From Rhizaria sp. SCN 62-66 (taxonomy: Eukaryota): a DNA stretch of 37,562 nt. Position 1 is the stretch's first letter, and each line of letters opens with the position of its first letter. A program made the position numbers and the translations under genes. Of the stretch, positions 10,377 to 22,855 are shown one piece after another. The notes under the pieces are model-generated. The model ran no database searches. It worked only from the letters and a program-made list of their open reading frames with translations, and had not been told where the DNA came from. The stretch lies in the NCBI GenBank assembly GCA_001724265.1, contig MEDY01000306.1, forward strand, positions 1 through 37,562, given 5' to 3'.

Positions 10377-13300
10377 TTAGGCCTGGACGCGCTGGAAGCA
10401 GTCGAAGATGTACGAGGGCACGACAGCGTCGACGGTCTTGCGCGAGAGCATGGCGAACTTGCAGAACTCCTCGAGGAAGAGCAGCACCTTGACGACCTCC
10501 CCGGGCAGCCCGGCGCCCTTGCCGGCCGTGACTGTAGACGCGGACACGTGGGTGCGCACAAACTGGCCGAGGAAGTTGAGGAACGCGTGGGTGTGGGCCG
10601 AGTGCAGCTGCTTGAGCAGCGTGGCGATGCCCAGCACGAAGGGCGCGCCATCGAGCCCGCAGCCGGCCTTCTTCTCGCTGCTGCTCACGGCCACCAGCGT
10701 CGACAGGTCCTGCGCCCAGCGGAACTTGGTGATGTGCGTGAGCACGAAGAGGAACACCATGAGCGGGGCCGCGGGCAGCCCCTCGGTGGTGACGTAGATC
10801 TTGGTCACCGGGTCCGTCAGCCCCATCGTCTCGGTGAACTTGGCCAGCACCGGCATCAGCGGGTTGTCGGGGTATGGCCGCTCGGCGGGCGCGTCGTAGT
10901 GCGCACGCAGGTCGTTGAGCACGCTCTCGTTGAGCGTCGAGGTGATGCTGAAGAGCACCGCGCTGTCCGTCTTGGCCGACAGCAGCACGTTCTTGATATG
11001 GCGCCTCAGCAGCTGGTACTGGCCGACATGCATCAGCAGCTCCAGCAGCGGCTGCCACACTTTCTCCGTCTTCTGCAGCGCCGCCTGGTAGAGCTTGGCG
11101 CCCGCCGCGGGGAACTGCGAGCTGGGCGAGAGCTCGTGGCCGAGCTTGTACACGAACGTGGTGACGGCCTTGTTGGCGACGATGCGGCGGTAGAGCTTGC
11201 AGAAGGCCGTGAGGTCGCGCACGATCATGAACGATAGCAGCTTGTCGACGCCGCAGATGCCCGAGATGCCCAGGCCCTGGCGCAGCAGCGCGAAAGTGCG
11301 CGTGCCGACGACCTCCTTGCCATCGCTCGTGCGCACCCACGCCTGGCGGTGCGCGCTGTACGTGGTCGCCGCGGGGGACGTCTGGCGCACCAACTCGTTC
11401 ACCAGCCGGCCCATGAAGTTGACGAACTTGCCCTGGGTGGCGTCCTTGCTGCGGTCAAAAACCGGGATGGGGATCGAGTCGGACTGGAACTGCGACTGCC
11501 AGTCGTAGACCTTTTGGCGCAGGAACTGGTTGCACTCCTGCTCGACGTTGTAGTTGACGATGCGCGACACTTCCTCCTGCCAGATCTTGAGGCCGTAGAC
11601 GTTGATGTAGTCCTGGATGTACTCGAGCGACGTCTTGATGCCGCCGAGCCTGCGGCCCAGCGCCTCAATGCGCACCTCGAAGTCCTCGACCTTGCCGGTG
11701 GTGAAGACGAGCTGCGCGTTCATGGCCGTGGCGATCTGCTGCACGAGCTGCTTGCGGATGCCGTCCTCGAGCGTCTGCTGCGGATCCAGCTTGATGATGC
11801 CCAGCAGCGTCGTGTGCATGTTAAGGATGCCGCGCGTGAAGACCGACACGTTGTTGGTAAGCTTGGCCAGCGCGTAGCGCTCCGAGAGCTGCGACGCCTC
11901 CTTGATGTACTTGCGCTCGAGCTTAGGCGGAAGCGGCTTGAGGCGCTCGGCCGAGATGGTCGAGATGCCGTCGAGGATGCGGAAGACGGACCGCGGGACG
12001 ATCTCGAGCACGGAGCGCACGTAGGCGACCAGCTCGGTCGAGTAGAACTCGGCGACCGACACGTCGTCCTGCGAGTTGGCCTGCATGATGCGCACCAGCG
12101 GCAGCGACAGGATCGACGACAGCTTCAGGAACGTCGCGCGCAGCAGCAGGCACAGCGAAGGGTCGCGCGCCACCAGCTCGTGAATCAGCGGCGTGTAGCT
12201 GCTGATGATGAGCTTCGAGTACGAAAAGTCGGCCACGACGTCGAGGTCGTTCATGAGCTTCGGCGTGATGTTTGCGAGGCGGATCATGCCCGTCAGGAAG
12301 CCCTTGACCTCGTCGATGCACTGCTTTACTTGCAGAGACGACTCGACCTGGTGAAAGTCCTGCACGTCGTCCAGTGCCTGTTGTGTGAAAGCAAAGAGTG
12401 AATAGATGAGGATGTGTGAGAGATTAGTTTATAAAACTGGCTTATAAGTGTTCTAGTCAAGCATGACGTTTCATCATGATGTGTTGTTATATCAGCGAGA
12501 TATATCCTATTAAGTTGACGTACCTGGACAAGCTGCGTGAGGGTGCGGCCGGCGACGACAGAGTTGCCGTAGTGGATCGAAGTGATCTCGTGCGCGATTT
12601 GCGCGAACCAGTTCTTGAGGTTCTCGCTCTTCTTCACGCGCGACAGCGCCTTGATGCCGCCAAAGACCTCGCTCAGCTCCACCACGAGCTCAGCGGCCTA
12701 CGAACAAACGCGAACAACAAGAGGTCACATAGAAACACAATGTGAGTAAAACGAAATAGAACGAAAGTTGAAGATAGTTATGGTACCAAGACATGATATA
12801 CCCAAATTATACGGATATTCATAAACATATACGAATATCTAGATAAGTTTTCCACGTACCTGTCCGCGGAGGGCCTCGAAGCGCTGCTGCTTCGTGTCGA
12901 GCAGCGAGCGCACGGTTGACTTAAGCAGGAACTCTAGCTGCGCCGTGTGGAGCAGCAGCGTGAGCACATCCTGCGTGGGCAGCGCGGCGCGCACGGCCTC
13001 GCGCACCTTCTGGTGGCCCGCCGTGCGGTGCAGCATGAGCCACCGCAGCGAGATGTTGCAGCAGCGCACCGTGTGCATGAGTCCGCGCTGATTGTCCATA
13101 GCGTAGTCGTCAGTCAGCACGCCCTGCGTGAGCAGGTGCTCCAGGTCCTTGAGCAGCTTCGGCACGGCCTGCGCGTGCTGGTTGATGGCGACATCGATGA
13201 CCTCGCGCGTGAGGGCCGACTTGAGCGCCGTCTTGGCAGACTTGTACGGGTCCCACGCCTCGGTGAGGTCCACCACGAAGCCCATGTGCATGGGGATGAC

Positions 13301-14164
13301 CCAGTTGTCGACATAGAACTTGTCGACGACCTCGCGGCACACGGCGTTGTTGCTGTGGAGGATCTCGGGCGCGAAGTAGAGCGACACGTACAGCATCGAC
13401 GCCTGCGACGCGAGCGCCGTGGACCGGTGCGCGGGCAGCGGGTAGCTCGACGTGCGGTTATACACGTCGTCGGTGCGCAGCTTGCCCAGGATCATGTCGA
13501 TGACGTCGCGCGGCAGCGGGATGCGACGGAAGTACTCGTCCGGGTAGTTGGCGGGGCGCTTGCCGCTGTTGGTGGTGGGCGAGAAACCCGTGTCGGCGCA
13601 CAGCTTCTGCACCATCTTGACGTTGCCCAGCGCGGCCTCGCCCTTGTAGCGGTAATAAGCCACGATCATGCGCTCGCGGGCCGCGCCCGGGATGTGCTGG
13701 TCGAGCAGCAGCAGCATAGTGCCGTAGAGGTACAGCGCTTCGCACAGCAGCTGCTTGCCGTCGGCGTCCTGGAGCACGCCCTCGATCGTGTGCTGGAGGA
13801 AGGAGCCCTTCTCCATGTCAGCCAGGTACGAGTTGAAGTTGTCGGCGTACTTGTAGATGGACTCGAAGAGGAGGTAGAAGCGCTTGAGCAGCTCGTGGTG
13901 GTTGGTGAAGAACTCCTCCTCAATCAGCCCGGCCTCACCGTCGTCATCGATCTTGGATTCGAACGCACTTGCCGATTTGAAGTAGCGGAAGTCGAGGAGG
14001 ATGTTGCTATACTTGGCTGCCTCAGCCGAGTCGTCGAACTGGCCCAGGAACACAGAGGGAATGTAGTTGCTCAGACGGAGAAGCTCGCAGATAATCGACG
14101 AGCCGCGCGCGGTGAGCTGCAGCAGCGCCTGGCCCGCAATGTTGTCGGGGGCAAGGAACTCCAT
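10377..14164 (-). CDS. WASHC5: WASH complex subunit strumpellin; exons 14164-12860, 12697-12524, 12377-10377 (1159 aa)
   Basis: Typical strumpellin motifs: MEFLAPDNIAGQALLQLTARGSSIICELLRLS, YPLPAHRSTALASQASMLYV, EVVDKFYVDNWV, LRATFLKLSSIL, GLKIWQEEVSRIVNYNVEQECNQFL and LDGAPFVLGIATLLKQLH. Two phase-0 GTACGT..AG introns lie at 12698-12859 and 12378-12523. Confidence 0.95.
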
Positions 14165-15139
14165 CGTATGCGTGTGTAGACTCTAAAACAAGAGTTTGAG
14201 TTGGGTTAGTGCTAAGCTTGCTTGTCTTTGCTGAGATCAGGCAAGGGCAAGCGGATACGGCTCAGCGGCGGTGGTAGCGGCAACAGCGACGGCTGTAGCT
14301 GTGTCAGCAGCAGCGACGGCGGGTGGCGGTGAGGTGGCGGCGTCGGCGGAGTTGCGATGCCAAGGTGTGCGTCGGAAGCGAGAGATGAAAAGAGGAAACT
14401 CTACACAAGGACAAGTATCGGAGGAAACAAAAGTAGGTTGGGAAGATATAGTAAGATAAAAGGCATCATATAATAAGGTGATGATGTCAGCTGGATTTGT
14501 AGACAATGTTCTGAAGAGAGACTTGTGCGTGGGCAAGAGGAGTGAGTCCGCGGGGGGGCGGGATCTCAGAAAGGAGCGATATACGCTATGTGCATTCCGA
14601 TCGTAGACTTTGTACAAAGATATGTGATGCATCACGACTCAGGCGTGTTTGATATCAAATTACATCGCGCATGTATACCTCTACGAACAAGATAGCCCTC
14701 TCCGCGACATGGCACACAGTAGCCAGCTTTAGATACGTCGACTGGGAAGGAGCGGTCTCGGTCAAACTCAGTCCAGCCGAGCCAGCCCAGTCAACGAGTC
14801 TTGACTGGGAACCTCGACTTAGCTCGATGAGCTCAGTCCAGAGGAGGTCGAAGTTAAGCCGCTAGCCCTTACAGAAGGAGGGATTTAGAGGTGCCCAAAC
14901 TGGATGATACCGCTGCGAATTGAATTTGTTGTTGATATATTTTATTGATCAGGTGTGTTTCTGCGTATTTTCACTATCCACGCGGCCGCATGTGCGCGCC
15001 TTTTGGCGGATATGGCTGCAGAAGGTGGACCCCACCCATCCTTGCCCCTTTGTGTCGTGCTGCTGCTCTTTTCCACACTGATTGCTCACTCCCACCCCTT
15101 TGTTTCACTCTGTACTCCCGTTAATACGCTGTAGTGTTG

Positions 15140-16903
15140 ATGTGCGTCCGCTCTCTGGCCGTGCTCATGATGCTCGCGGTCGGCTACGCCGCGGCGTCGT
15201 CCGCCGAGGATGATGGCCTCTTCTACGGCTGGGGCAATGGCAAGGACGACGTTGTCGAGGACATCATTGCCGCTCGCCTCGCCGGTGCTGGCCCTGCCCT
15301 CACCCCCTACGGCGCTGCCGTGGCCTCGATCCCCACCCCTCAGGTTGGCCCGCTCGTTGGCTCCCCCTACGCGTCGCCCTACGTGATCCGCGCCCCCGTC
15401 GTCGTCCGCGAGGCTGCCCCCCAGCAGCCCCCCGCGCCCGCCGGCCCTGCCCCCACTATCGAGCAGGTCAAGGCCGAGACTGCGAAGAAGATCGAGGCTG
15501 TCCAGGCTGCCAAGGCCGATGCCGCGCAGAAGATTGATGCCGACCAGAAGGCCGCCGTCGAGAAGGCTGCCGCCGAGAAGGCTGCCAAGGAGGTTGCCGA
15601 GCAGAAGAAGGCCGCCGACGCCGCCGTCGTCGCCAAGGCTGCCGAGGTCGCCGAGGCCAAGGCCAAGGACGATCTTAAGGTCAAGGCCGACGCCACCGCC
15701 GTGCTCGAGCAGGAGCTCGACGCCGCGCGCGCCAAGGCCAAGGAGCTCGCCGCGCAGCTCGCCAACGCCAACTCGCAGATCCAGCGCGTGTACGACGAGG
15801 CGGACCAGACCCGCAGCGCCGCGCTCGCCGCGCTTAAGGCGCACGACGAGGCCGACACCAAGGCCCGTCTTGCCGCGCGCGCTGCCCGTGAGGCTGAGCG
15901 CCAGCAGAAGCGCAAGATCAACGACGACAACGCCCGCAAGGCCCACGCCGAGGCCATCAAGAACATCAACGACAACGCCACCAAGGCCAAGTCCGACGCC
16001 GAGAACCAGTACGGTGGCGTCTCTAACTCCTCCAAGGCCGACCTTGACGCTCTCCGCTCCAAGATCCAGAACCTGCGCGTGAACATCCTCCAGAAGAAGA
16101 CTGAGGAGGCTGCTGCCGCCAAGATCCAGCTCGAGAAGAAGCTTCAGGACGCCAAGGCCTCCGTCTCCAAGTTCGAGTCCGAGCTCGCCTCGATCCAGAA
16201 CCGCAAGGCCGGCGGCTCCGCCCCCGCTGGCCCCTCTGCGCCTGCCCGCGTCGTCGTCGCCGCCCCCGGCGCCGTCCGCATCATCGGCGGCGGCGTCCCC
16301 GCCTTCGCTGGCGGTGTGATCCCCACCATTGCCCCCGTTGCCGGCCACCGCGTCATCTCGGCCGCCCCCATCCCCGCCGGCTTCTTCCGTCCCACTATGG
16401 CCGTTGGCCCCATCGCCGGCCACCTCGGCGGCGCCGCCACCGAGGCCCAGCTTGCCGCCCTGGCCACCGCCGTTGACCCCAAGGAGGGCCTCAAGGTCGC
16501 CAAGTCTGCCCGCCGCAAGGCCGCCAAGCGCGCCCGCAAGCTCCAGAAGGCCGCTGCGCAGCTCCGCGCCGCGCACCAGGACGCCAAGCATGTCGCGCTC
16601 GAGCAGTTCAAGGCCCAGCTCAAGGCGCGCCGCGCGACCATCAAGGCCGCCAAGGCGCAGCGCAAGTTTCTCCGCGCGCGCAACAACGAGGCCGTCGTCC
16701 ACGATGCCGTGCGCGCCACCACGCGCAACATCGTCGCGCGCAAGATGTACGCCGACGCCGCCAAGGACGGCGCTATCCGCGCCCAGATCCCCTACGCCGT
16801 TGCCGCCGCCCGCCAGGCGCAGGCCGTTTCCTCGGCCGCCCAGCTCGCGCGCGCGCAGGCTTACGCCGCGCACGTCGGCGCGCCTCTCTACGTCCAGGCG
16901 TAA
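15140..16903 (+). CDS. Putative secreted Ala/Lys-rich coiled-coil protein of unknown family (587 aa)
   Basis: Very strong C/G-ending codon bias. The N-terminus looks like a signal peptide (MCVRSLAVLMMLAVGYAAASSA). Long helical A/K/E tracts are interrupted by Pro/Val/Gly-rich segments. Stop is TAA. Confidence 0.8.
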   Translation: MCVRSLAVLMMLAVGYAAASSAEDDGLFYGWGNGKDDVVEDIIAARLAGAGPALTPYGAAVASIPTPQVGPLVGSPYASPYVIRAPVVVREAAPQQPPAPAGPAPTIEQVKAETAKKIEAVQAAKADAAQKIDADQKAAVEKAAAEKAAKEVAEQKKAADAAVVAKAAEVAEAKAKDDLKVKADATAVLEQELDAARAKAKELAAQLANANSQIQRVYDEADQTRSAALAALKAHDEADTKARLAARAAREAERQQKRKINDDNARKAHAEAIKNINDNATKAKSDAENQYGGVSNSSKADLDALRSKIQNLRVNILQKKTEEAAAAKIQLEKKLQDAKASVSKFESELASIQNRKAGGSAPAGPSAPARVVVAAPGAVRIIGGGVPAFAGGVIPTIAPVAGHRVISAAPIPAGFFRPTMAVGPIAGHLGGAATEAQLAALATAVDPKEGLKVAKSARRKAAKRARKLQKAAAQLRAAHQDAKHVALEQFKAQLKARRATIKAAKAQRKFLRARNNEAVVHDAVRATTRNIVARKMYADAAKDGAIRAQIPYAVAAARQAQAVSSAAQLARAQAYAAHVGAPLYVQA

Positions 16904-17449
16904 GCGACTTTCTCGCTCGCTCGCTCGGTCAGTCGGGGTGACAAACACACAGTACTTGTTTTGACTTAACAAAACAAAGTCTGGACGCGGTAGTGTGTGT
17001 GTAAGGCTGGTGGTGATTGTTGTGTAAGGGTTGGTGACAGACGCGTGTGCTATGCGTGTACTTTGTCTGTTCCAAGGTGGTTGGTGTGATTGTGTTGAGA
17101 AAATGATGAACATGATTCACGAATGAGTTTTTTGTGTCGCGAAAAGCAGTGATGGTGACAAGAAGTTGTTGTCGTTGCTGTCCGTGATAATAATACATCA
17201 AATCAACTTTATAGCGATTCGTCTCGTCTTTATGTCTACTATGACTACTGCTTCATTGAAACATGGTTTATCTATTATTCTGGTTTTCTAATCTTGAAAA
17301 AACATATTGACTCATGTTTGCTCTGATTGTGCAATACACTCGCACAACGACAATGCAAGAGTTTATCTATAACAACACACAACAAACAACAACATATGAC
17401 ACACATTCAGCCACTGACGGAGCTGCGCCAGCCTTGCGTGGGGAGCCCA

Positions 17450-19446
17450 TCACTTGATCTCGGGCTTGCGAGTCAGCGTGAGCGGGCCGCCCGCGCGGAG
17501 CTTCGAGGCTGACTTGCCTCGCGCCTCGGCGTCCTCGAGGCTCTTGCGCGCGAGGGCCTTGACCTTGGCTGTCAGTAGCGTCTGGTTCACAATGCCTATG
17601 CGCAGCTCCATCTGGTCCACCTCGCCCTTGAGCTGCCGCAGAGCGGTCTGCAGCTGCCGCAGTGGCGCCGTGTCCGTCATCGCGTTGTTGCGCTCGACAG
17701 TCTGGCTCTTGACCTAAAGCAGGAGGTGAATGACATAAAAAAGGAATATATAACGGATGTGAGAGTCAACAAAGATGAAAAACACCACATTTACGTGAAT
17801 ACACACAAAACCATACACGTATTTTGGCAACTCAAACATAAATCACCGCCATCAAGATCTAAACTCGTTAAGTTCAACCTAAACAAAACAAGACGAGTGT
17901 TTCGCAGACAGGAGAGCACACGTGATATGCGAAAAAAAGATAATGAACGTACCTGGTTGACGCGGTCGGTCTGCACGCCCAGGTGCGAGGCCAGCTCTGA
18001 TACGGACCCCGTGAGCCTCTCATGCTCGCTCTCCAGCTGCCCTAGCTCCCCGCGCTGAGCCCGCAGTTGCGAGCCGAGCCCCTGGGGGTCGGACTGCAGG
18101 TCGTCGTTGATCTTGCTCTCGCGTGCGCTCAGCCGCTCCGTCTGCGCCGTCAGCTGCTTCGCGAGCCGGTCCAGCGTGGCGCACGCCTCGGGCACGTCCT
18201 GCGCCAGCACCGAGCGCTGGCGGATTGCGTCGTCGAGATGGCTGTGCCACTCCTTGACGGCGCCCTCGAGGCGCACGCGCAGCCGAGGCAGCATGGCCTC
18301 CAGGTGCAGCGCCCACTGCTCGTGCGTCACCGAGCTCTTGAGCAGCTGCCGGTCCTCGGCGGACTGCTTCAGCGCCCCCGCCGCGGTCTGCTGCTGCTCG
18401 GCCGCTGACGCGCCGCTCCCGGCCGCGCCCGCACCACCCTTGGCGGCAGCGCCGCCGTTGCGATCGGTTGACGGGAGAGTAAATTGAGCGAGCGCCAGAG
18501 GGTCTGCTAAGAGAGTCTCCTCCTGGACCTCGTCCACAATGCCGCCGTCGCCGGCCGCGTCGCCGTCGGCCTCGGCCCTGCAGAGGGGTTGATAAAAGAG
18601 AGAACAAAAGCATGAAGAATAGAGACGTGAGAAGTATCGATTGATATCGATCATATTTCGATATTTTCGAAGAAAGCAACATAAATTAGTTGTAAAACAG
18701 CATAGAACACACAGATGCAATATTGTAGCTTGGGAAATAACGAAGAAGCCGACATAAAGTGGCCCTTTGGTGCACGTACTTTGCGTCGACGGCGGCCTCC
18801 TCTGAGCGGGCGGCGGCGGCGTAGCTCGGCGTGGGGGTGTCGAAGCCGCGGCTGACGAGCGCACGCGTGGTCAGGAAGTCAAGCACGTCGCACACGGGCT
18901 CGGCCGCGCACTGGGCCAGCTTGTAGACGGGGATGTTGGCCGTGTTGAGACCGAGGGGCTTTGCGAGCGACAGGATGGTGTTGCAGGTGTGGGTCATGTC
19001 GTCGAACTCGTTCCAGTCGACGAAGGACACGGCGCACTCCTTCAACAGCCAGGAGCAGAGCGAGGAAAAGTAGGGGAACATCGTCTCCACAGAGGTCGGC
19101 ATCGCGAAGAAGAGCCGGCCCACGGGCGGGAAGCTCCTAGAGGACAAAAGCCAAAGCAATAGTTCGTATTGATATGGACGTTAAAGAGCACAGAGGCGGT
19201 GAGAATACGATGTTTGAGAGGCCATTAAAATAAGTCGTAGTTAATGAGCGGAAACACGTTACAGTATGTTCTCAGGTTTGTTGGCAAGTATTAGTGTACT
19301 CATATGTGGACTTTTATGATATTGGTGTGCGGTGAGATGACGAACCGTGCTTGGCAAAAAGCGACCTCATAGTTCAGGATCTTAAGCTTTGCGGTAATGT
19401 TCTCAGATACAACGTAGATGTCGTGAAGCTGGGTAGATGTCGCCAT
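17450..19446 (-). CDS. IFT57: Intraflagellar transport protein 57; exons 19446-19346, 19136-18780, 18577-17953, 17713-17450 (448 aa)
   Basis: Motifs KLKILNYEVAFC, LCSWLL, VCDVLDFL, WALHLEAMLPRLRV, KEWHSH, RESKIN and MTDTAPLRQLQTALRQLKGEVDQMELRIGIV. Three GT-AG introns (19137-19345, 18578-18779, 17714-17952) have consistent phases 2, 2, 0. Confidence 0.92.
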
Positions 19447-20043
19447 TGTGTCTTAGTGCTGTCCTTTGTCCTTGAACAAGATAGTGCTCTCAGGAGCCAC
19501 TGATTTTGAGAGCCGTTGTAGCTTCAGTAGTTCTTGCTTCACGCCGCTATATCGAGCTTTGAACAGAACGCGTTTCTATAAATGATGACACATACAAGAA
19601 AAATATACAAAAGACACGGTTACACATGAGTCATAGAGGATCACAGAGAGATACGTGGGGAGGGAAATGAAGAGCTTGTCCTGTGGAGAGCTAACCGTTC
19701 GCGAGGCGAAACGACTAGGGCATACGGCATGATAGGACACCTTACGAGAGATTTAATAAAAGAAGAAGTCTAGAGTATAACATAAAAGTATGCGTATCCA
19801 GAATTGCAATTACACTGACGATGAATTGGGGTCATATGAGATCGGACAGGATAGCTTCAGTTTGAATGGGGATGAAGCACGGCCTGAGCAGGGTGACTGA
19901 CTGCTATACGTTACTCATTGCAGCGCAACGCAACTCCGTCAAAATAGTATACCATTGCTACCCCTTATTCTAACGTCTCTTATTTTCTATCATTTTCTTT
20001 TTCAGTCCTCCCCGAACTTTCTATCGTCCACGCAGAGAGGTTG

Positions 20044-22526
20044 ATGAGTTCGCCTCTCGCTCCGGCTGAGGACCTCGAGGGCCTGTCACTGCCGGGTGTG
20101 ACTCCGGCCGACAGCCAGCTCCACCTGAACTTGGGGCTTCCCTCCGCCTCGACCACTTCGCTGCTGCGCGACTCCTCCACCTCGGCACTCATGGCGGAGC
20201 AGAGGGCGCGCGATTTTGTCGCCAGCATCTCCCCTTCCATCTCCAAGGCCTCCTTGTTATTGCCCAACAACAACACAAGCGCGAACGCAATGAGCCCCAA
20301 AACAACAACCAGGACGCCCATCGGTGCGTTGGCGGGCGCTACCAAGCCCCACGGCCCTTCGCGCCCGGCTCCACTGAATGTGAACAACGGGAACGCTAGA
20401 GCGACCCCCGCCGTGGCCGCTGCTGCTGGTGCTGCCGCAGCAACTAGCTCTAGTTCTAGATCTGTGTCTGCCTTGGCTGAGAGCGCCGAAGAGGCGATCC
20501 GCGCCTGGTTATCCGAGGAGTTCGCCGAGATTCTGGACGAGATCCAGCTCGCGCAGTCGTCGCAGCTCGAACAGCTGAAAGCCGCGCACGCGGCCGAGCT
20601 TGCGCAAGCGAAGCGAACGCACCTCACTGCACTGGAGCAAGCGCGCGCAGAGGCGTTTGCCCTCGGCCAAGCCTCTAACAACAGCAACAATAACACTGAC
20701 TTGACAGTAGTGACTACGACTCCTCATGTAAGTGCTCCTTATGTAAGTGCGAGTGCGTGTGCGACGACCAGCGGCGCTGCGACATCTGCTGGCGCGGCGG
20801 CGGCGGGGGGTTCTGACGCGCACGTGGCCACCCTCGAGGCGCGCGTCTCCGACCTTCTGGCCCGGCTGTCCCTCCAGGAGGCGCTCCTGGGCGCGCAGCG
20901 CACCGCCGCGGCCGCCGCGACCGCGGCGCTGGCGACGAGCGCCGCGGCCGCCAGCGCGTCAGAATCAGCGATGCTGCATGCGCGCGTACGGGCGCTCGAG
21001 GCGGATCTCGCAGACTCGATGCAGGAGGCCGCGCTGGCCACGGCGCTGATGGAGACCTACTACGAGACGGCGCGCGCGCGCGAGGCCGCTGCGGCCGCCG
21101 CTGGGGAAAGCATCGCGGCGCTCACGGTCAAGCTGCAACAAGCAGAGGCAGCGGTCGAGACCGAAGCGGCCGAGCGCGCGCGCGCGGTGACCGCGGCGGA
21201 GGCGGCGGCGGAGGCGGCCGTTGCGGGCGCCCGGGGCAGCGCGGACGCCGCGGCCGTGGCGGCGACGGCGACGGTGACGCACCTCCGGGGCGCGGTGCGC
21301 ACGTTGACGCTCGAGAACGCGGTTCTCGCGGCCGAGCTCAGGCGACCTGCTAGGTACACATTTATTCATTAAGCCGTACAATATTGTATATTTATTTGAA
21401 CTATGCATTGGTTATCTTATTTTGCGATCACCTGTATCTGTAAGCTCACGTTTCTTTGCGCGAATGTATAATTTTGTCATTTTGTCATTTTGTTTCATTC
21501 TTTGTCCTGTTTAGGGCACTGGGCTCGTTGGCGCTGCCTGCGCTGCCTGGTGCTGTCGCGAGCCCCATCACGAGCAGTGCTTGTCCGAGCGCTAGTGCCA
21601 GTGTTGGCAACCACAGTGCTCGCAACAGCGCCCGCGGTGCTGGCCATTATAACTCGGGTACACATGGGGCCACACTTGGGGGCACACATGGGGGCGCCGC
21701 TGCTGGCGGACTCGTGTTACTGTCGGACGTGATTCAGGGCGAAAGCGACTGGCACAGCTACCGCAACCACAGCCAGACCGCCGTGCCCGCTGCCCACGGT
21801 CACTCGGCTGCGCACGGTCACAGCTACGGCCACAGCAGCAGTAGGAGCAATCCGGGTCAGAGCCAGCGGATGAGTCACGCGGGCCTGACTGAGAGCAGCA
21901 GCAAGCAGCAGCTGCAGCTGCAGTCGCAGCAATTGCAGCTGCAGCATCTGCAGCTGAAGCGGCAACAACGGCAGCTTCAACAGCAACAGCAGCAGCAGGG
22001 CTCCCGTGTGTCGTTGCTGCCTTCAGACTCGAAGCTCGGCCTTCACAGCAATAGCACACACAGCCTCACTCACCTCCACAGCCAGAGTCAGAGCCAGAGC
22101 GTTGCGAGCCTGAACGCGAGCGCCAGCGCGGGCAACATGAACAACAACGGCGACCTCATCGCCCGCGTCTCGACCGCGCGCGCGCAGTCCAGCGCCCATC
22201 CCTCTGCGCCTGTCGTGCCGCTCTCCATTCCCGTCGCGGAGACGCCGCTGCTGCCCGCGAGCAGCGGCCAGCCCGCGGCGCAGCAGCTCACGGTAACCCC
22301 GCTGCTGCTCACGATCGCGGCCGCGGACGGGACCCTGCCCGTGGAGCGCCACACGCGGCTGCCCGCGGCGGCGACTGAGAGCGAGCGCGCCGTGGACGCG
22401 CGGCGCCGGCTCGCCACGCTGGGCACAGCCAGGGTGCTGGGCGGGTCTGCGCTGCCGCTGGTCAACGCCGGCATCCAGCTCGCGCTCCTCACCAACAGCA
22501 ACAGCAGCAACAATATGAGCCATTAA
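20044..22526 (+). CDS. Hypothetical coiled-coil/low-complexity protein; exons 20044-21353 and 21515-22526 (~773 aa)
   Basis: Two long ORFs are joined by a phase-2 AT-rich intron (21354-21514, GTACAC..TTTAG). The protein has heptad-like Ala/Glu/Leu helices and a Gln tract. The start is uncertain because there may be an upstream acceptor near 20006. Confidence 0.7.
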
Positions 22527-22855
22527 GAGGATGGTGTTATTGGAGCAGCAGTGGTACTGACACATCGACTGACGTGAGGTTGATGTTGTAGTATTTGCTC
22601 CATATTACGGATCTTGTTATGTCAAGGGCTAGTTTATTTAAATAATTAAATATAAGTAATATCTTTATATAGTTTCATTCATAATCCACAATTATCGTGA
22701 CCCTGAGGCTTGTTTTCATGGTGTTGTGAGGCTTGTTAAATAAAAGGACTAAGTATCTGTATTGATTCAATTCAACAATACATTAAACATAAAATAAATG
22801 TCGTAGTGCAAAAAACATATATTGAACCACAATTCAGTCAATTGTCTTGTGTGAT

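Noticed and set aside
10219..14179. Long alternative-frame and antisense ORFs over strumpellin (373, 350 and 410 aa)
   Set aside because: Stop depletion in GC-rich coding DNA; the strumpellin frame explains the region.
15086..17113. 675-aa minus-strand ORF
   Set aside because: In-register antisense mirror (L/G/V-rich) of the strongly biased + strand gene.
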